A stretch of 64,000 bases of DNA from Epiperipatus broadwayi (lineage: Eukaryota; Animalia; Onychophora), in the NCBI GenBank assembly GCA_028023455.1, contig JAQFVV010000003.1, positions 23,994,001 to 24,058,000 of the forward strand, given 5' to 3'. Every line of letters begins with the position of its first letter. Positions within the stretch are counted from its first letter, which is position 1. The translations under genes and the position numbers were made by a program. The notes under the pieces are model-generated. The model made no database searches. It saw only the letters and a list, made by a program, of their open reading frames with translations, and was not told the DNA's origin. Below are positions 40,580-53,959 of this stretch, piece by piece.

Positions 40580-41229
40580 ATCAACTAATATTTGATTATA
40601 TATTATTTACATTGTAATAATGGAAGCATTTACATAGTGTTATTCTGTTCTACTAATAGAAAAAATGTCTGTTTTTAGGATAAATAGGATAAAACAAGGC
40701 TGAAGTAATGGTCATAAATAATAATGACTATTTAGAGAATATTTCCATTGTTTAATTGCATAGATAAAACATATTTTACATCACTTGTACAAAAAATGAC
40801 TACAGTTTTATAATGATACATTTGATTTTGATGTTATAATTAATTTAAATCAATAAACCAGCCTTCATGTGGATAATTTAACATATAATGTATCAATTAT
40901 TTAATTTATTTAAAATTTTGTATTATACATACTAAATTTCTTGGTCGATGATAGTCAAATTTCCATTTGGATAGCTATTTATCATTAACTGTAGTTCAAA
41001 ATATGAAAGTAAGGACTACAGTATATATCATGAATAATATTTCGTAGCATGAAACCAAAACTGACAAATATATTTACTTATATGTTATGTTGTTGTTTTT
41101 TTTAAAATGTTTCCATTTTCTATATGCTGGTATGCTGGATTGTTTTAATAAATCTGAGTTCATATAAATTTGACTCACTTTAAGTAATTAAGTCATCACT
41201 TTTCATGGTTTAACTGTTTGGATATGATA

Positions 41230-41460
41230 TAAAGTGATTTTTCTGATGAAGTCAGAAGTTTTTGTGCATAGGCCATATGTCCAGAAATCCTGTTTGTGTC
41301 CCTCCCTTTACAATTATGCAATAAAGTTATCTATTTCTACCATTTTATTACTAATCAATCTTCCATCTCTAATTTTTTTTGCTTTTATCCCATTTTACTA
41401 TAAGCTGTTGTATTCGTTTCTCCATCCTATTCTCATATCTTTTATTTCTATTATAAAGAC
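41230..41460 (-). mobile_element. Possible decayed LINE 3' fragment
   Basis: The minus strand is purine-rich and ends aacaggatttctggacatatggc, loosely similar to the 3' ends at 61975-62000 and 32570-32600. Confidence 0.3.
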
Positions 41461-42374
41461 CTAAATAAATGCATATCAGTATTTCCAGTTCTTTTATTCT
41501 CTTTATTTTTAGATTTCTCTCATTATGTGTACAATTTATTTTGGTCTTCTTTCAACATTCACTCTTATCCTCAACTTACACTAGTGGCATCTTTTAAAGA
41601 TAAAGTGTGATCATGCATGTATATACAATATAAAGTGATGCACAAAAGCATTAAATTCCAAGTTAATTTATAAAATATAATATGAGGTTTGATTTAATGT
41701 GTGCATATATGAAATACCATCTTACATATTGTGATAAATCTTAAAGATGTTAATAAAATACAGTGGTGCCATAAATTATGTTGTATCTAACTATATGATT
41801 TCAGTTATATGATATCCACAAAAAAAAGTGTAATCAAACAAACAAACAAAAAATGTATATAAACAAACAAAAAATCTATTTAAATTCACAAATGTTTTTT
41901 TCAGCAACTATTGTTCCTTTTCTGAGCATTGTGTGTGACAAGTTTAAAAAAGAAAATTTGTAAATAAGTTTTAGAATTTGTCATACACAATTATATATAT
42001 TTATAATATTTCTTCAACTTATGTTGACAGCACATTTTATTCTTCCATTATAATATTTTGATGTGCAGTATTTTGTATAATAAAATATTTTCTGAGCAAT
42101 AATGCTAAAAATTTTATGAAATTTTAGAACATACTAAATTAGAGAGATCCTAATTTTTTGATAACAAAACCATTATGTGTTTTCCTGAATTATGTGTTTT
42201 CCTGAAGGTTTGTGATGATGGTGTTTTAGTTGTATTTATTGTTTGGACTATTTCCATCATTTAATATGAGTATTGTCTTTAGAAAAATGTAACTTTATTT
42301 AAATATCCCAAATACATTCAATTGTTAGTAATAGCCCACAGGTTAGTATATGCATAATGTTTCGAGAGGTATTA

Positions 42375-42460
42375 TTCTCCCCTCTTCTTCAGATGTTTCT
42401 GGCTTGACCAGTGACAATACTAGCATGGGAATCCAACCTGGACCCTTAGATTTTTGAGTA
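42375..42460 (-). mobile_element. tRNA-derived SINE fragment (related copy at ~49985-50090, plus strand)
   Basis: B-box-like GGTTGGATTCCC followed by atgctagtattgtcactggtcaag, which matches atgctagtactgtcattgatcaag at ~50032. Confidence 0.45.
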
Positions 42461-43041
42461 TGTTTCTATAAGAGAAAAAGTTATTAAAATATATACATTA
42501 TACACATTTGAATTTGAGGGGGGTGGGGTGGAATAAAATATAGCATATTTTGCAACTCCATTGTAAATTATTTTCTGTTTCATTCCAACAAGAAGGCTTC
42601 ATCTACAATAATTTTTAAATTCATATGTACTTTTAGCATATACTTACATAATCACAAATTCTTACATGTAAAAATTAATTAAACTTAATTACTTTTTGTC
42701 AAGCTTTTTTTTTTTATACAACCCATTCAACACTTTGCCTTCTGGTACCAATGTATAATCCTAATATTTCATATATACCAAAGTCCTGCATGGTTTACTG
42801 TAATGGTAGAATGAGAGATTCAGAACTCAAGATCCATGGATATCAGTTCTAGTTCATTATTTCTGTTGTTTAAACTTCTTCTGAACTCCCATTAAATAAA
42901 GCATCAATTATTTATTTACATCTTTCAAACATAGCATCACATGCCCCAGCTATGCTATCTTCTGATTATAATAGATGGCTGTAGAGAAGAGTAATTTTAT
43001 TTTCAATAAAATACACACAAAAAATTTGAGATAAAAAAAAA

Positions 43042-43188
43042 TTACCATATATCAGCAGCACCCTTTTCCTTTTACATACCTATCTCATTCACTGTAAGTT
43101 TTAATAAATAATAGATGCAGTAAGGAAATCTACAGTAAATGGCATAGATGTGATGAAGGAAAAAGGATACTGCTGAAATATGGAGTAA
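43042..43188. repeat. Imperfect fold-back element, ~40-bp arms
   Basis: ttaccatatatcagcagcacccttttcc pairs imperfectly with ggaaaaaggatactgctgaaatatggagtaa. Confidence 0.7.
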
Positions 43189-43714
43189 GCTAATGTCTTA
43201 TAGTAGAGTCATGTAATATTTTATTAGTTTTAATTATTATATATCTTTCAGCAAAAATAACAAGGTTCAAAAAAATGAGATGCAAATTATGTTAATAACC
43301 TACATTACATTTTTAGTAATTAGGTAAAACTGGCAAGATATCCATTTACCAATCAATGTTAAATGACCTCCATGCTACTGGGATATAAAGTGGATTGATT
43401 TTACTAGAGAGTTGCTAAATGTAAGCTAGAAATATTGTGATGCTTTGTTTTTGGTATATAGTATTATTTTTTTGCCAAAAGGAACCATAGTGCCTACAAT
43501 TATGATAAAACTAAGATACTTAGATCTAAGTGATGATCTAATACCAGATCTATATGATTAATTAAACAGGTTTGTTTGGATTCATTTTTGGAATTTCAAG
43601 TCATTCCCTTGAATAGTAAAAATGGCTTCTGTGTTGCCATATGCAATCCAGTGCTTCTCAATAGTAAAGGGTATATAGTATCAACTGATTAGTCATACTT
43701 ACTTAAATGATTCT

Positions 43715-44272
43715 AATTGTAAATTAGCGATCAGGATAATGCACATGCACTTTACAGATTTTAAATTATACGTAAATGAATACTCTCATTCTCAAACACA
43801 AGATGAAGTCTTTATGAAAAGATAGAATGAATCCATCTATCTTGTCAATCCAAACATTTAAGTATGGGCCAATCTTAAGTGTTTAGAGATGAGAGCGTGA
43901 AGATATTAAGCAGTCACTTTAAATTACTTTATTATGCTTGAATGAATGACACTTGTGAAATTATTTAAAATTCACTATATGTCATTCTTAATTGAAGTTA
44001 AACATATATGTAATAAGGTATTTATTTATATAGTGCTATGTTAATAAATTCAAGCATAATAAAGTAATTTAAAGTAACTGCTTAATATCTTCAGGCTCTC
44101 ATCTCCAAACACTTAAGATTGGCCCATACTTAAACGCTTGAGTTGAAAAAATAGATGGATTCATTCTATCTTTTCATAAAGACTTTATCTTGTGTTTGAG
44201 AATGAGAGCATTTATGTATAGTTTAAAATCTGTAAAGCACATGTGCATTAGCCTAATCACTAATTTACAATT
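43715..44272. repeat. Large fold-back element, ~225-bp arms and ~105-bp spacer
   Basis: 43715-43943 is the reverse complement of 44048-44272 with scattered mismatches. Confidence 0.92.
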
Positions 44273-45949
44273 TATTACATAGCGCTATATAAATAAATAT
44301 CTTATTATAAATTATTCTAGCATATAATAATATAAAATGAAATGCTATTTTTGTTGAAAATGCTAAATGTAAATTATAATAGTCATATAATGCTTTAACT
44401 TTTATATATTAGATAACTATGACTTCCTAACTGTAAAAATATTATGTGCTTTTTGGGAAATCAACTGCTATTTAAACTTTTTTAAATTTTATTTTAATAG
44501 ATTTTAATCCACGTTATGGATTTGAAATGTTGTGATTTGTATTAATAATTAAATTATAAAGTTTTTAGAGATTTTTTTTAAAAGTGAAAGCATGGTTTAT
44601 AATTTAATCTATATATATTCATATAGTTTTTGGTAACTTAAATTAGCATATATAATCAAAATGCTGTAAATAACTCTGTTTTATATCTTAGTGACATCAG
44701 GACTTATGAAATAGTTCTAAGCATGTATTCTAAAAATGGTACAACAAAAAAGTTCATTACCTTTAATCTAGTACTCTTTTGCCTCAGTACTTTAACCTGC
44801 TTTTGGGCAGTGAAGCACACAAATACATATTAAATACAAGCATTTTACTTAGCACACATTAAATATAAACCTGATTTCTATTTTTAACTTTTATCATGTT
44901 TCAAATCAAGACAGTAATGAGATGCCTTTATTTATGAATGACTGATTTATTTCTGTATGATAAAAAAATATAAATTATTTTATCAATATAAAGTGATTCT
45001 ATTAAAAGAAACTGTTTTGGCTAACAGGTTACAACAAGTCTTATTAATAGATTTATTAGCTTTGCTTTTACATATAGTAAGCAAACAAATTTTATTTTAC
45101 AAGCACAATATTTTTTATTATTATTAAACATTAATTTACAGTAATCATTAATATATTTTTTCCAGTGTTCCTACATCTCTATGTTTAAAATAAAGAAGTT
45201 TTATTTGTAATTTATGACAAAAACTCATGCTACAGTAAATATTTTCATTACTCCTACATAATACTTTTCTTTGAATTATATTTGTTTTTGTTTCTTTGTA
45301 AAAAAAAATTTATGTGACATAATTATTTTAATGTTTTATTATTTTAATCCAAAAAGATTTTGGCAACATAACCACAACCAGACTTTCAATACACTTCTAG
45401 ATACAGTAGAAAATCATTAAACAGGCTTTCTATGATTTGTCAACTTTTTAAAAGGGCTTTTTAAATTTTAATTAAAAGCTGCTTGATATTATTACTTTAG
45501 TAAAAGTTATATATTTTAATGTTTTGAATGAGCACATATTAAAAAAAAAATATAAAAAAATATATAGATTTAAGTAATTGCATGTAAGTTTTGTAACCTA
45601 TTTGACCTGAGCGTCATGTTTTTCTTTTTTAATCAATTATTATGTGAAGAAAAAAAAAGTGGAGGAACTAATCAGTAGTTTTTTTTATTATTATTAAAAA
45701 CAAGTATACAAAGAATATATATTAAAATTAATATAATTTTTAATAAACAATAAATTAATTGTAATAAATAATAGAAGTATGCTCACCATTCCTATAATGC
45801 AAAATTTAAAATCTAGTAATATAAAAAAAAAAGAAGAAAAAAATTGCACTATTGCTAAAAAGAGGGATGGCATGAAATATGTGGGAAACGTTTACAAAGA
45901 ATTATAGTATAAAAAATAAAACAAATTAACTACAATTAGTACATTTTAT

Positions 45950-47290
45950 AAATTGCCAACTATTTTAAATGAAGAAATGAAATATGCATTTAAATCTATG
46001 AAGAATTAAAAAAACTCCAGGAGGTGATGGAGTTGTTTACTGATATTTTTAAGAAATTGAAAAATTGTTGACAATACCATATACCGGATGTCTAACTAAT
46101 AAAAATGTACCAGATGAGTGGTAGTAGTAATATTGATTTTAAGAAAGATAATAAAAATGAGATTAAAAATAACAGACATCAGTTTTTTTATCAGTTCTAT
46201 TCAAACTTTGGATTCTAACCAACCAAAAAAAATAAAAAATAAATGGGATTTAAAAGTGATTTTAGCACAGTGGATTATATCCAAATATTGTTAGAAGTTT
46301 TAGAAAGAACCCAGGAATATGAGTTGGTATTATGCTTTGGATTCGTAAATTATGAAACAGCATGTGATTCTATATGAATTTTCATGGTGATTAAATCTTT
46401 AAATCATCAAAATATTTCCATTTTCTGAAAAATATTTATTAATTACATCAGCAGTGATTAGATTATATGATGATACAAAAAGTATTAACTTTGAAAAGAG
46501 TGTACAAGAAGTTGATTTCATATTTTTAAAACCTTTTTATAGCAATTTTACAAACTATTTTTATAGATTAAAATGGAAGACTAAGAAGTAAAATTAAATG
46601 GAGGTTATTAAAGTCATCTCGATTTTGAAAATTACATTTTTGAAGTAATGTTTTAGAGGTTCAGGAAATATTGCAAGAGTTATCAGTGAAAGCAAAATGT
46701 GGGATTAAAGACAAGTGATAGGTTGTTGTTTCTTTTTTTCAGAAGAAAAAATAAAGTTTAATCATTATGAATTTAAAAAAGTTAACATCTATAAATATTT
46801 TTCTTTTATTATTAATACAGATGGAAACATAATAAATGAATTCATCATCGAATTAAACTTCCATGGAGTGTGTTTGGTTGAAAATATTTAGTATTGAAAG
46901 AAAATATGCTTATGTATTTAAAAAGAAAGGTTTTTAATATATGAGTACTTCTTATTTATGAATCTGAGACTTGGACACTTAACAACAGAACAATAAAGAG
47001 ATTGCAGATTATTCAGTAGGTGAGAGAACAAACAGATGTCATGACATCATAAAAAAGATTTAAATGAAGCTGGAATGGACATATTGGTAAAAGAGATATT
47101 TATGGATAGTTGAAATTTTAAATCAGAATTGAAGATATTATAAAAGATTTAGAAAGAGACTACATGTGAGATGGATGAATGAAATAAGGAAATATATTGG
47201 TGTGATGTGAATAAAAGAGTTTATGGATTAGAGAAAATTAAGCTTGGAGAGATCTTCATCTTATAGCAGATCAGTAATGATTGAATATGA
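45950..47290 (+). mobile_element. Old, heavily decayed RTE LINE (RT half to 3' end)
   Basis: Colinear with the reverse complement of 37282-38790 (actccaggaggtgatgg; tctgagacttggacactt; gactacatgtgagatggatgaatgaaataag), with many stops and frameshifts. Confidence 0.85.
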
Positions 47291-48924
47291 TGTTTAAACT
47301 AAACTAAACTTTAAAATTGTAATTTTAAAAAATAGTGAATATGCTATTATTATTTATTAAAATCAATATATTATATATGCTTTTGGCAGCATTTAACTTT
47401 GTAAATGAATTAGAGATTTATAATAAAGGATAATAAATTGTTCTTAATCCAATAAAATCCCTTTTAAGAAGATTCAGATATCAAGGCTATTGGATTAATG
47501 GTATTTCACTGTATAAACAATTTAAAATTTATTTTAGACAACTTAAGGTGTTATTATTTTTTTTTGCTTAATTTAAAAACATTAATGCTGATTTTAACCA
47601 TTTAGTAATTAAGATAGAATAAGCTTAATTTTTAATATAGAAGTTAATCTAAATATTGAACTAAATACACAAGCATACACTTATGATTAGTTTAAAACCT
47701 TTTATTTAAACACAGGATATTCAATAAGATTGTTCCTAGTCATAAAGCTAGTGTTGAGCCCTCACCAATTCATTATAAATATTGAGCAGTTATCAACATC
47801 TGTCTCAGGAACTAAACATTACTGAATCGAAAATCACTATGTCATTTCTGGTGACTAAAACATCACACTACCTCCCAAGCAATTAACCATTAATTTATTA
47901 TTATAACATATACCATTTAATATTTTTCATAAACACAAAAGTCTAATTCCTCACACCCTCAATGGCAAAGATTTGAAACTCAATCTAGAAATTAATAATT
48001 TGTTCTTTGTTTTCAGTAGACATGTTAACCATCCTGGACAGATTTTTTACTTCAATTATAAAAGTTATACCAAAATCATATATGTGATGTCGTATGAAGA
48101 TGACAAATTTATTCATTTACCTGTTTTTTAATAAAAACAATTGTTGATTTTTTTATATTGAAGATCTTTCTTTAATTATATTAAATGAATAAAACAATTT
48201 AAAAATATTAATTTCATATTTTTATACAATATTTTTTCAATTGATTTCAGTTTACTGTAATATAATAAATTTTATACAAGTAGTCTAAAGACAGATTGAT
48301 TTAACTAGGCAATAAAATTGTTGGTCTCTCAGTAATCCTTATAATGTTTAATCTTTATCACAGTAATGGTTCTCCAAACTGTCATTTTACTATTTACACA
48401 TCGCACAGAGTAAATAATTGAATGGTTAGTATTAATGCAGGTCAAGTAATATTTGAGCATCTGAAGTCACAGAGGGTGCTTTGATACAATAACCTTAATT
48501 TTTTGCTTCCTTCAATGCAGTAAATCACAAAAGCATTAAGAAATTAATTAAAGCCATTTGCAAAACAGAATTATTACTCTATCTGTACAATTTGGAAACA
48601 TTAGAATATCATAATGCTGATTCTATAAAATATTTTGCATTAAAAAAAATTTTGCAGATCAAAATTTTTTTCACAAAATGTGTTTGTTTATCAGTGACAG
48701 TAGCCTTTTTTTTTTTTTTATCAATTCTTAATATATTTAAATATAACTTGTTTTTTAACTAACCTTTTATTATTTTATGTTATGTTTATTATTGCCTTGT
48801 ATGATTTGATTTAATAGTAAAATGGCTAAATCTGAAGCTTCATAAGTTGTAGCCCATAATGCTTGAACTTCATTCCTGAATAATAAACCATTTAATTACT
48901 ATATTCTTTCTGAGTTCCCAACAT

Positions 48925-49012
48925 GCTTTGCTGTAGTGATAGAATGACAGATTCTGGAACTCGAGGTCCTTGAATCCCACCCCAGCTCTGTCACTTCTAA
49001 TGCTTGAACTTT
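48925..49012 (+). mobile_element. tRNA-derived SINE fragment (related copies at ~42805-42890 plus and ~52560-52602 minus)
   Basis: A-box-like gctgtagtgatagaatg, then gattctggaactcgaggtcc, ending tgcttgaactt; all shared with the other copies. Confidence 0.45.
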
Positions 49013-50739
49013 ATTTTCAGTATTTAATTTTTTACTCAGTATTTAATTTGTTTTAGACAAGTGCAAATGTATAAATAATTAATAATCATGGGTTGAAAAA
49101 TATATGATTGAATGAAAGATGATTATCTTAATTCATTCATAATTATTATTAACCTTTACAACTCAATATGTAATAATTATTAATCCTCTCATTAATTTTT
49201 CTATTTTCTTTTATTTTTCTGTCTTTGAGCTTTGGTGTAGTAGTAGAGTGATGGATGTAAGATCTTAAGGTTATTGGAATAAAACTCAAATTGTCACTTT
49301 TAATGCTCAAACATTATTACTTACAGACATACTAACCATTTAATTATCTTGTGATCTGCAGTGACGTGACCAATAGGATATAAAATGATTAAGCATTTAA
49401 AATGGCAAAAGAAATTTGTGAAATATTCTGTAATCTGTAAGACTTCTTTAAATGTAAAATATGTTAGAAAAATGGCTTTATATCATCTGTGCACAATGTT
49501 ACATTTCATGTTATTTACAATCTTTTTGCATTAATTATGACAAAGGAATTTGTTTTTGACAATATCTTTGTATTTTTCCTTTTTCCAGAGTTAAAACAGC
49601 CTTACTTGTTTATATGGATGGTAGTGATAATGATGAAAATTTTATCATCAAACAATGATGTTTAATCATAATCAGTGATCATATGTTTGCTTCTCTTTTA
49701 ATTTATTGAATTTCAAGATTTGGAGTTTTGTTATAAATCTTAATGAAATTTTCTAAAAATTTTATTTTTTTAATCTGTAAAAAAAGAAAAAAAAAATCAG
49801 CATGCACACATGTTCCAAAACCTAAAGATTAGCCATGTTCAGTAATCAGTATATAAAAAGCATTTTAAAGAGATCTGTAATTTCAAGAACATGTATGACA
49901 AATAATCCCTAATTTTGAATTGATAATTAAGGCAAAGCTAACATAAAAAAAATAAAATACACATCAATAAAAATATAATTCTGCATTGTTTAGTGCAGTG
50001 GTAGAATTTAAAGATTACCATATTGATTTCTATGCTAGTACTGTCATTGATCAAGATAGCCACAGTGGGACATGAGAGGAGAATAAGTTCATGCAAAATA
50101 TTGTGTGTTTATACAAATCTGTGTGTTATTATTAACAATTGAATGCATTTGAAAAGTTTAAATAAAATTTGATTTTTTTTAAAAAAAAAACCATGTAACA
50201 TAGATAATGGAAATAGTCACAACTACATCCATATATAAGTTAAATTTCCAAAAATAGTGATGGATTAAATAACATAAATAATCAGAGTAATAATCCACTC
50301 TATAACTTTACTCTGAATCATTATATTCCAAACTAGAATAATCATTGAATTCCAGATAGTAACAACAATTAATTCTTGGTTATCGGATTTTGTCATTGGG
50401 GCAATGGACTGCATATACATGCCTAGAGTTCTTATGCTCTCTTAGAAGATTGGTCTTGATTCAAAACTTTTATGTATTTGAAATCTTGAGCTATTATTTT
50501 AGTTATATAAAAGACATAAAAGTAGCTGTTGGATGTGTAATCTAATGCTGAAACCTTAATTAATCTATGTTTGATAGACATGGTTTCTGGGATAAATTGA
50601 AACTTTTTGCTGCTTTTTAACAATACTAGTCAAACCAGATTTAGTGAATGAGTGATTAAAGGTAAAGATCAATTAATTCAAAAAGTAAGGAAATCATTGT
50701 TCTCAATTTACACAGATTAATCTATAGATATTAGCAATA

Positions 50740-51871
50740 AAGACATACTTTTATGTTATATTCATTATGTTGATTTTGAAATCAATGATATAAAAAAATT
50801 TTTTTGTTGGTGTGTTGAGCTTCTTGATCACACAACTAGTTTGGATATATTAAAAGCATCAAAAAGAACTCAACTGGAAAAATTGTGTTGACTTATATAC
50901 TGATGGAGTGGAAAATAGACTGGAAAATATTCAGGAGTTGCAAAAAAAAAAAAGAATTAGAAGACAACAAAATAATTTTTACTCATTGTATATACATCAA
51001 GAGCATTTAGCTGCTAAAAAATTGTTTTCTGACTTGAAATCACTCAATAAAAATAATAAATTATATTAAATGCAACATACTAAATTCAAGACTATTTTCA
51101 AGTTTATGCAATGAAATGGAATCTGGATGTGAAAATTTACTACTTTATGCAGAAGTACAATGTTGTTGAGAGGGGAAATATTAAAAAGACTATGAATTAA
51201 GAAAAAAAATTGAAATTTTTCTACAAATAAAAAATTCAAAATTGGGGAATATTTTCCATGACAACAATTGGATTGCTAAACCAGCTTTTTTATCAGACAT
51301 ATTTTCATTAATAAATGAACTAAATTTAAGCCTGTTGGGAAATAATACTATTTTTGATTTATGGAATAAAATTGAGGCATTCAAGAAAAAGTTAAAACTG
51401 TGTAAGTATGTAGAAGAAGAAAAAACTATGACATGTTTTATTCATTTTCAGAATTGATAAATGAAGTTGATATAAGTATCAGCGAATTGAAAAATACTGT
51501 CTATGAACATTTAGGAAAGGCAATATATGGATGTTAAATCCAATTATTGAACAAGAAAATAACCTGATTTGGAACAGGAAAAATTAATAGATTTAAGCTG
51601 CGATGGTACATTAAAGTTATTATTTAATTCAACAAGTATAACTCAATTTTTGGTTAAAATTAAAACCGAATATCCAGAATTACATGAAAAAAGCCTCAAG
51701 ATTGTTATTGTCATTTTTGACTACATATACTTATGTGAATCGACATTTTCAGCAATGGTACTCATAAAATCAAAAGAAAGAAATCGTTTATTGATAAATC
51801 CAGTTTTATGCCTAGCAGTCCCAAATATATCTCCAAGATTTGTTAAGCTAATTACTGAAAAGTATCAGTAA
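50740..51871 (+). pseudogene. Decayed hAT Charlie/Buster-family transposase (ZBED8/SCAND3-like)
   Basis: Fragments include CIHQEHLAAK-like, FHDNNWIAKPAFLSDIF, NELNLSL, KIEAFKKKL, EKLIDLSCD, EYPEL, YLCESTFS and IKSKERNRL. Multiple frameshifts. TIRs not found. Confidence 0.85.
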
Positions 51872-52602
51872 CAATTGCATTAGTTTTTGGTTTTATAATT
51901 ATGTTTAACTCAGTTATTTAAATGTTATTCTTTGTTTTTATTCAGATTTTATTTATTATTACTTTAATATTTTATAGGTTAATTTATTTTTGTACAGTTC
52001 AATTTATTCTACATTGTTTTAATCATTCTTTGAAAATATATACATATGTATTAAATTTGTTAACCACTACAATAATTATATTTTACTATAAAAACATCCG
52101 CCTTTTCTTCCATGTTTTTTTTGTTCAATTTTTCATTTGGTCCTTAATTTTAAAAAAAATGTAGGTATATTTATATAAATTTCACATGTCAGTGAATATA
52201 TATATATATACTTGTCTCTCCATATTCATGAAATCACTATTATTGAGAAAAATTATAAAATTTAAAATTCATAAATTTTATTATACTCCTTTGAATGAGG
52301 GATGTCACATATTTATCTTAGAAACTTTCTCATCTCATGCAATCAGTTTGATCATGTCCCCTCTTGATTTATTATTGTAATTTTTTTATATAACTACATT
52401 ACTTTTTGTAGTCATGTTCATTATTCTTGCTGATATATAAATGTGTGTAATTTTGAAATTAATTATGTGTATATACATATATGTTTAAAATGTATTATAG
52501 TATAAGAATCAGAATTATCTAAATAAATAATTGAATGATTTATTTATCAGAAATTCATAAAAAGTTCAAGCACCAGAAGTAATAAAGTCATGGACCTCAA
52601 GC

Positions 52603-52860
52603 TTACATGATCACTATTTCCTATGTTTACACAGATGTTAAAACAGAGGCAAGACTTTTATACAGCAGTGCCACCTAAGGTAAGCCAGAGTAAGCAATAG
52701 AATCAAAAAGGTTTGTGAATAAAATTCCTATCCACTGCCTACTCATCCAGTATCCCCAGACTAGTTTCTAGTTTTAGCTTTAATCAGTGAGGAGCATTGG
52801 ATCTGAAAACTGCACCTAAATCTTAGAATCTAATGCAAACCTCCAGAAGCCATCTTTTTT
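52603..52860 (-). mobile_element. RZ family partial copy (left arm of a fold-back with the 52870 copy)
   Basis: The minus strand reads CTCCTCA-CTGATTA-AAGCTAAAACTA-GAAA-CTAG-TC-TGGGGATACTGGAT. Confidence 0.85.
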
Positions 52861-52869
52861 GGAGTTCAA

Positions 52870-53465
52870 ACTGCTGCTGGAGTATTATTAGATCCTAAGA
52901 TTTAGGTGCAGTGCTATCAGATTTAAGACTTTCTCACTGATGAAAGCCACAATCTGGGGGTATTGGATGAATAGGCACTAGATAAGGATTTATGCACAAA
53001 ATTTCTTGCATTTCTTGATTACTTTGACTTACACTATGTGGCATTACCCTATAGAGTGATTTGTCTCTTGTGTAAGCATATGAAATAGTGATTATATGAT
53101 GTTTAGTGGTTTAATAGCAATCCGATGATGGTGGCTATAGTTATTAAAGAACCCAAAACACCAACATGTGTAGATTCTGAACTATAAAAGTGAATGAGTT
53201 TGGATTGATAATATTATTGTGTTTCATTTTTGGGCTCGTAGCTTTATAATTAACTAAATAAGTAAAAGATGGCTGATGGAGTTGTATTATATTCTAAGAC
53301 TTAGGTGCAATTCTCAGATCCAAGACTTCTCACTGTTGAAAGACATAAATTAGAAACTAGTTTGGGAATACTGGATAAGTAGGCACTAGATAGGGATTTT
53401 ATGCACAAACCTTCTTGTATCCATTGATTACTGTGGCTTGCATTGGGTGACACTACTGTATGGAT
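52870..53465 (+). mobile_element. RZ family head-to-tail partial dimer with two hammerhead-like cores about 400 nt apart
   Basis: CTGATGA at 52937-52943 (GAAA segment deleted) and CTGTTGA...GAAACTAGTT at 53333-53362. Flanking RZ sequence repeats in the same orientation. Confidence 0.85.
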
Positions 53466-53644
53466 TTCAAGCTCATAGCATCCAACAATTATCTCCATAT
53501 TGTAATGGTCAGAATCATGTGATTAGCCAACAAGATTCAGAGACCTAGCAAAAGTACTTCAAACCCAGCATGTTCAGGATATGATAGTCGCAGAACAGTA
53601 AGTACTAAGCTTTAACCTATTTGCCAGTGCTCCAAAAACCTCCA

Positions 53645-53740
53645 CTATCTGATCAACGCTCCTGATGCTACTAATGGTCATCATTTTTCTTTGGTCCCGG
53701 TGGTCAGGGTAAAACAAGGACTCTATCAATTCAAACTTAG
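53645..53740 (+). pseudogene. Possible Helitron/PIF1 helicase Walker A relic
   Basis: With one frameshift it reads INAPDATNGH/FFFGPGGQGKT, resembling the Helitron helicase FFLDGPGGTGKT motif. Confidence 0.3.
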
Positions 53741-53959
53741 CCTGTCATGCACTAGAATTATTAAATTAATCTAAGATACTCACCAAATGCTTTAATACAG
53801 CTCAGAATATTATTTCAAATATTTCCTAGGTTTTGAATATATACATATATGACTTAATTAAGTGTGGACATAGTTGGGTGGGGAATGACATGACAACTGT
53901 ATAGATATATATGATTTATTAACACAATTCATTAGAAGATAGAAATAATAATAACAATG

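Noticed and set aside
49362-49385. TGACGTGA-CCAAT-TATAAAA promoter-like cluster
   Set aside because: Short motifs arise readily in AT-rich DNA, and there is no downstream gene evidence.
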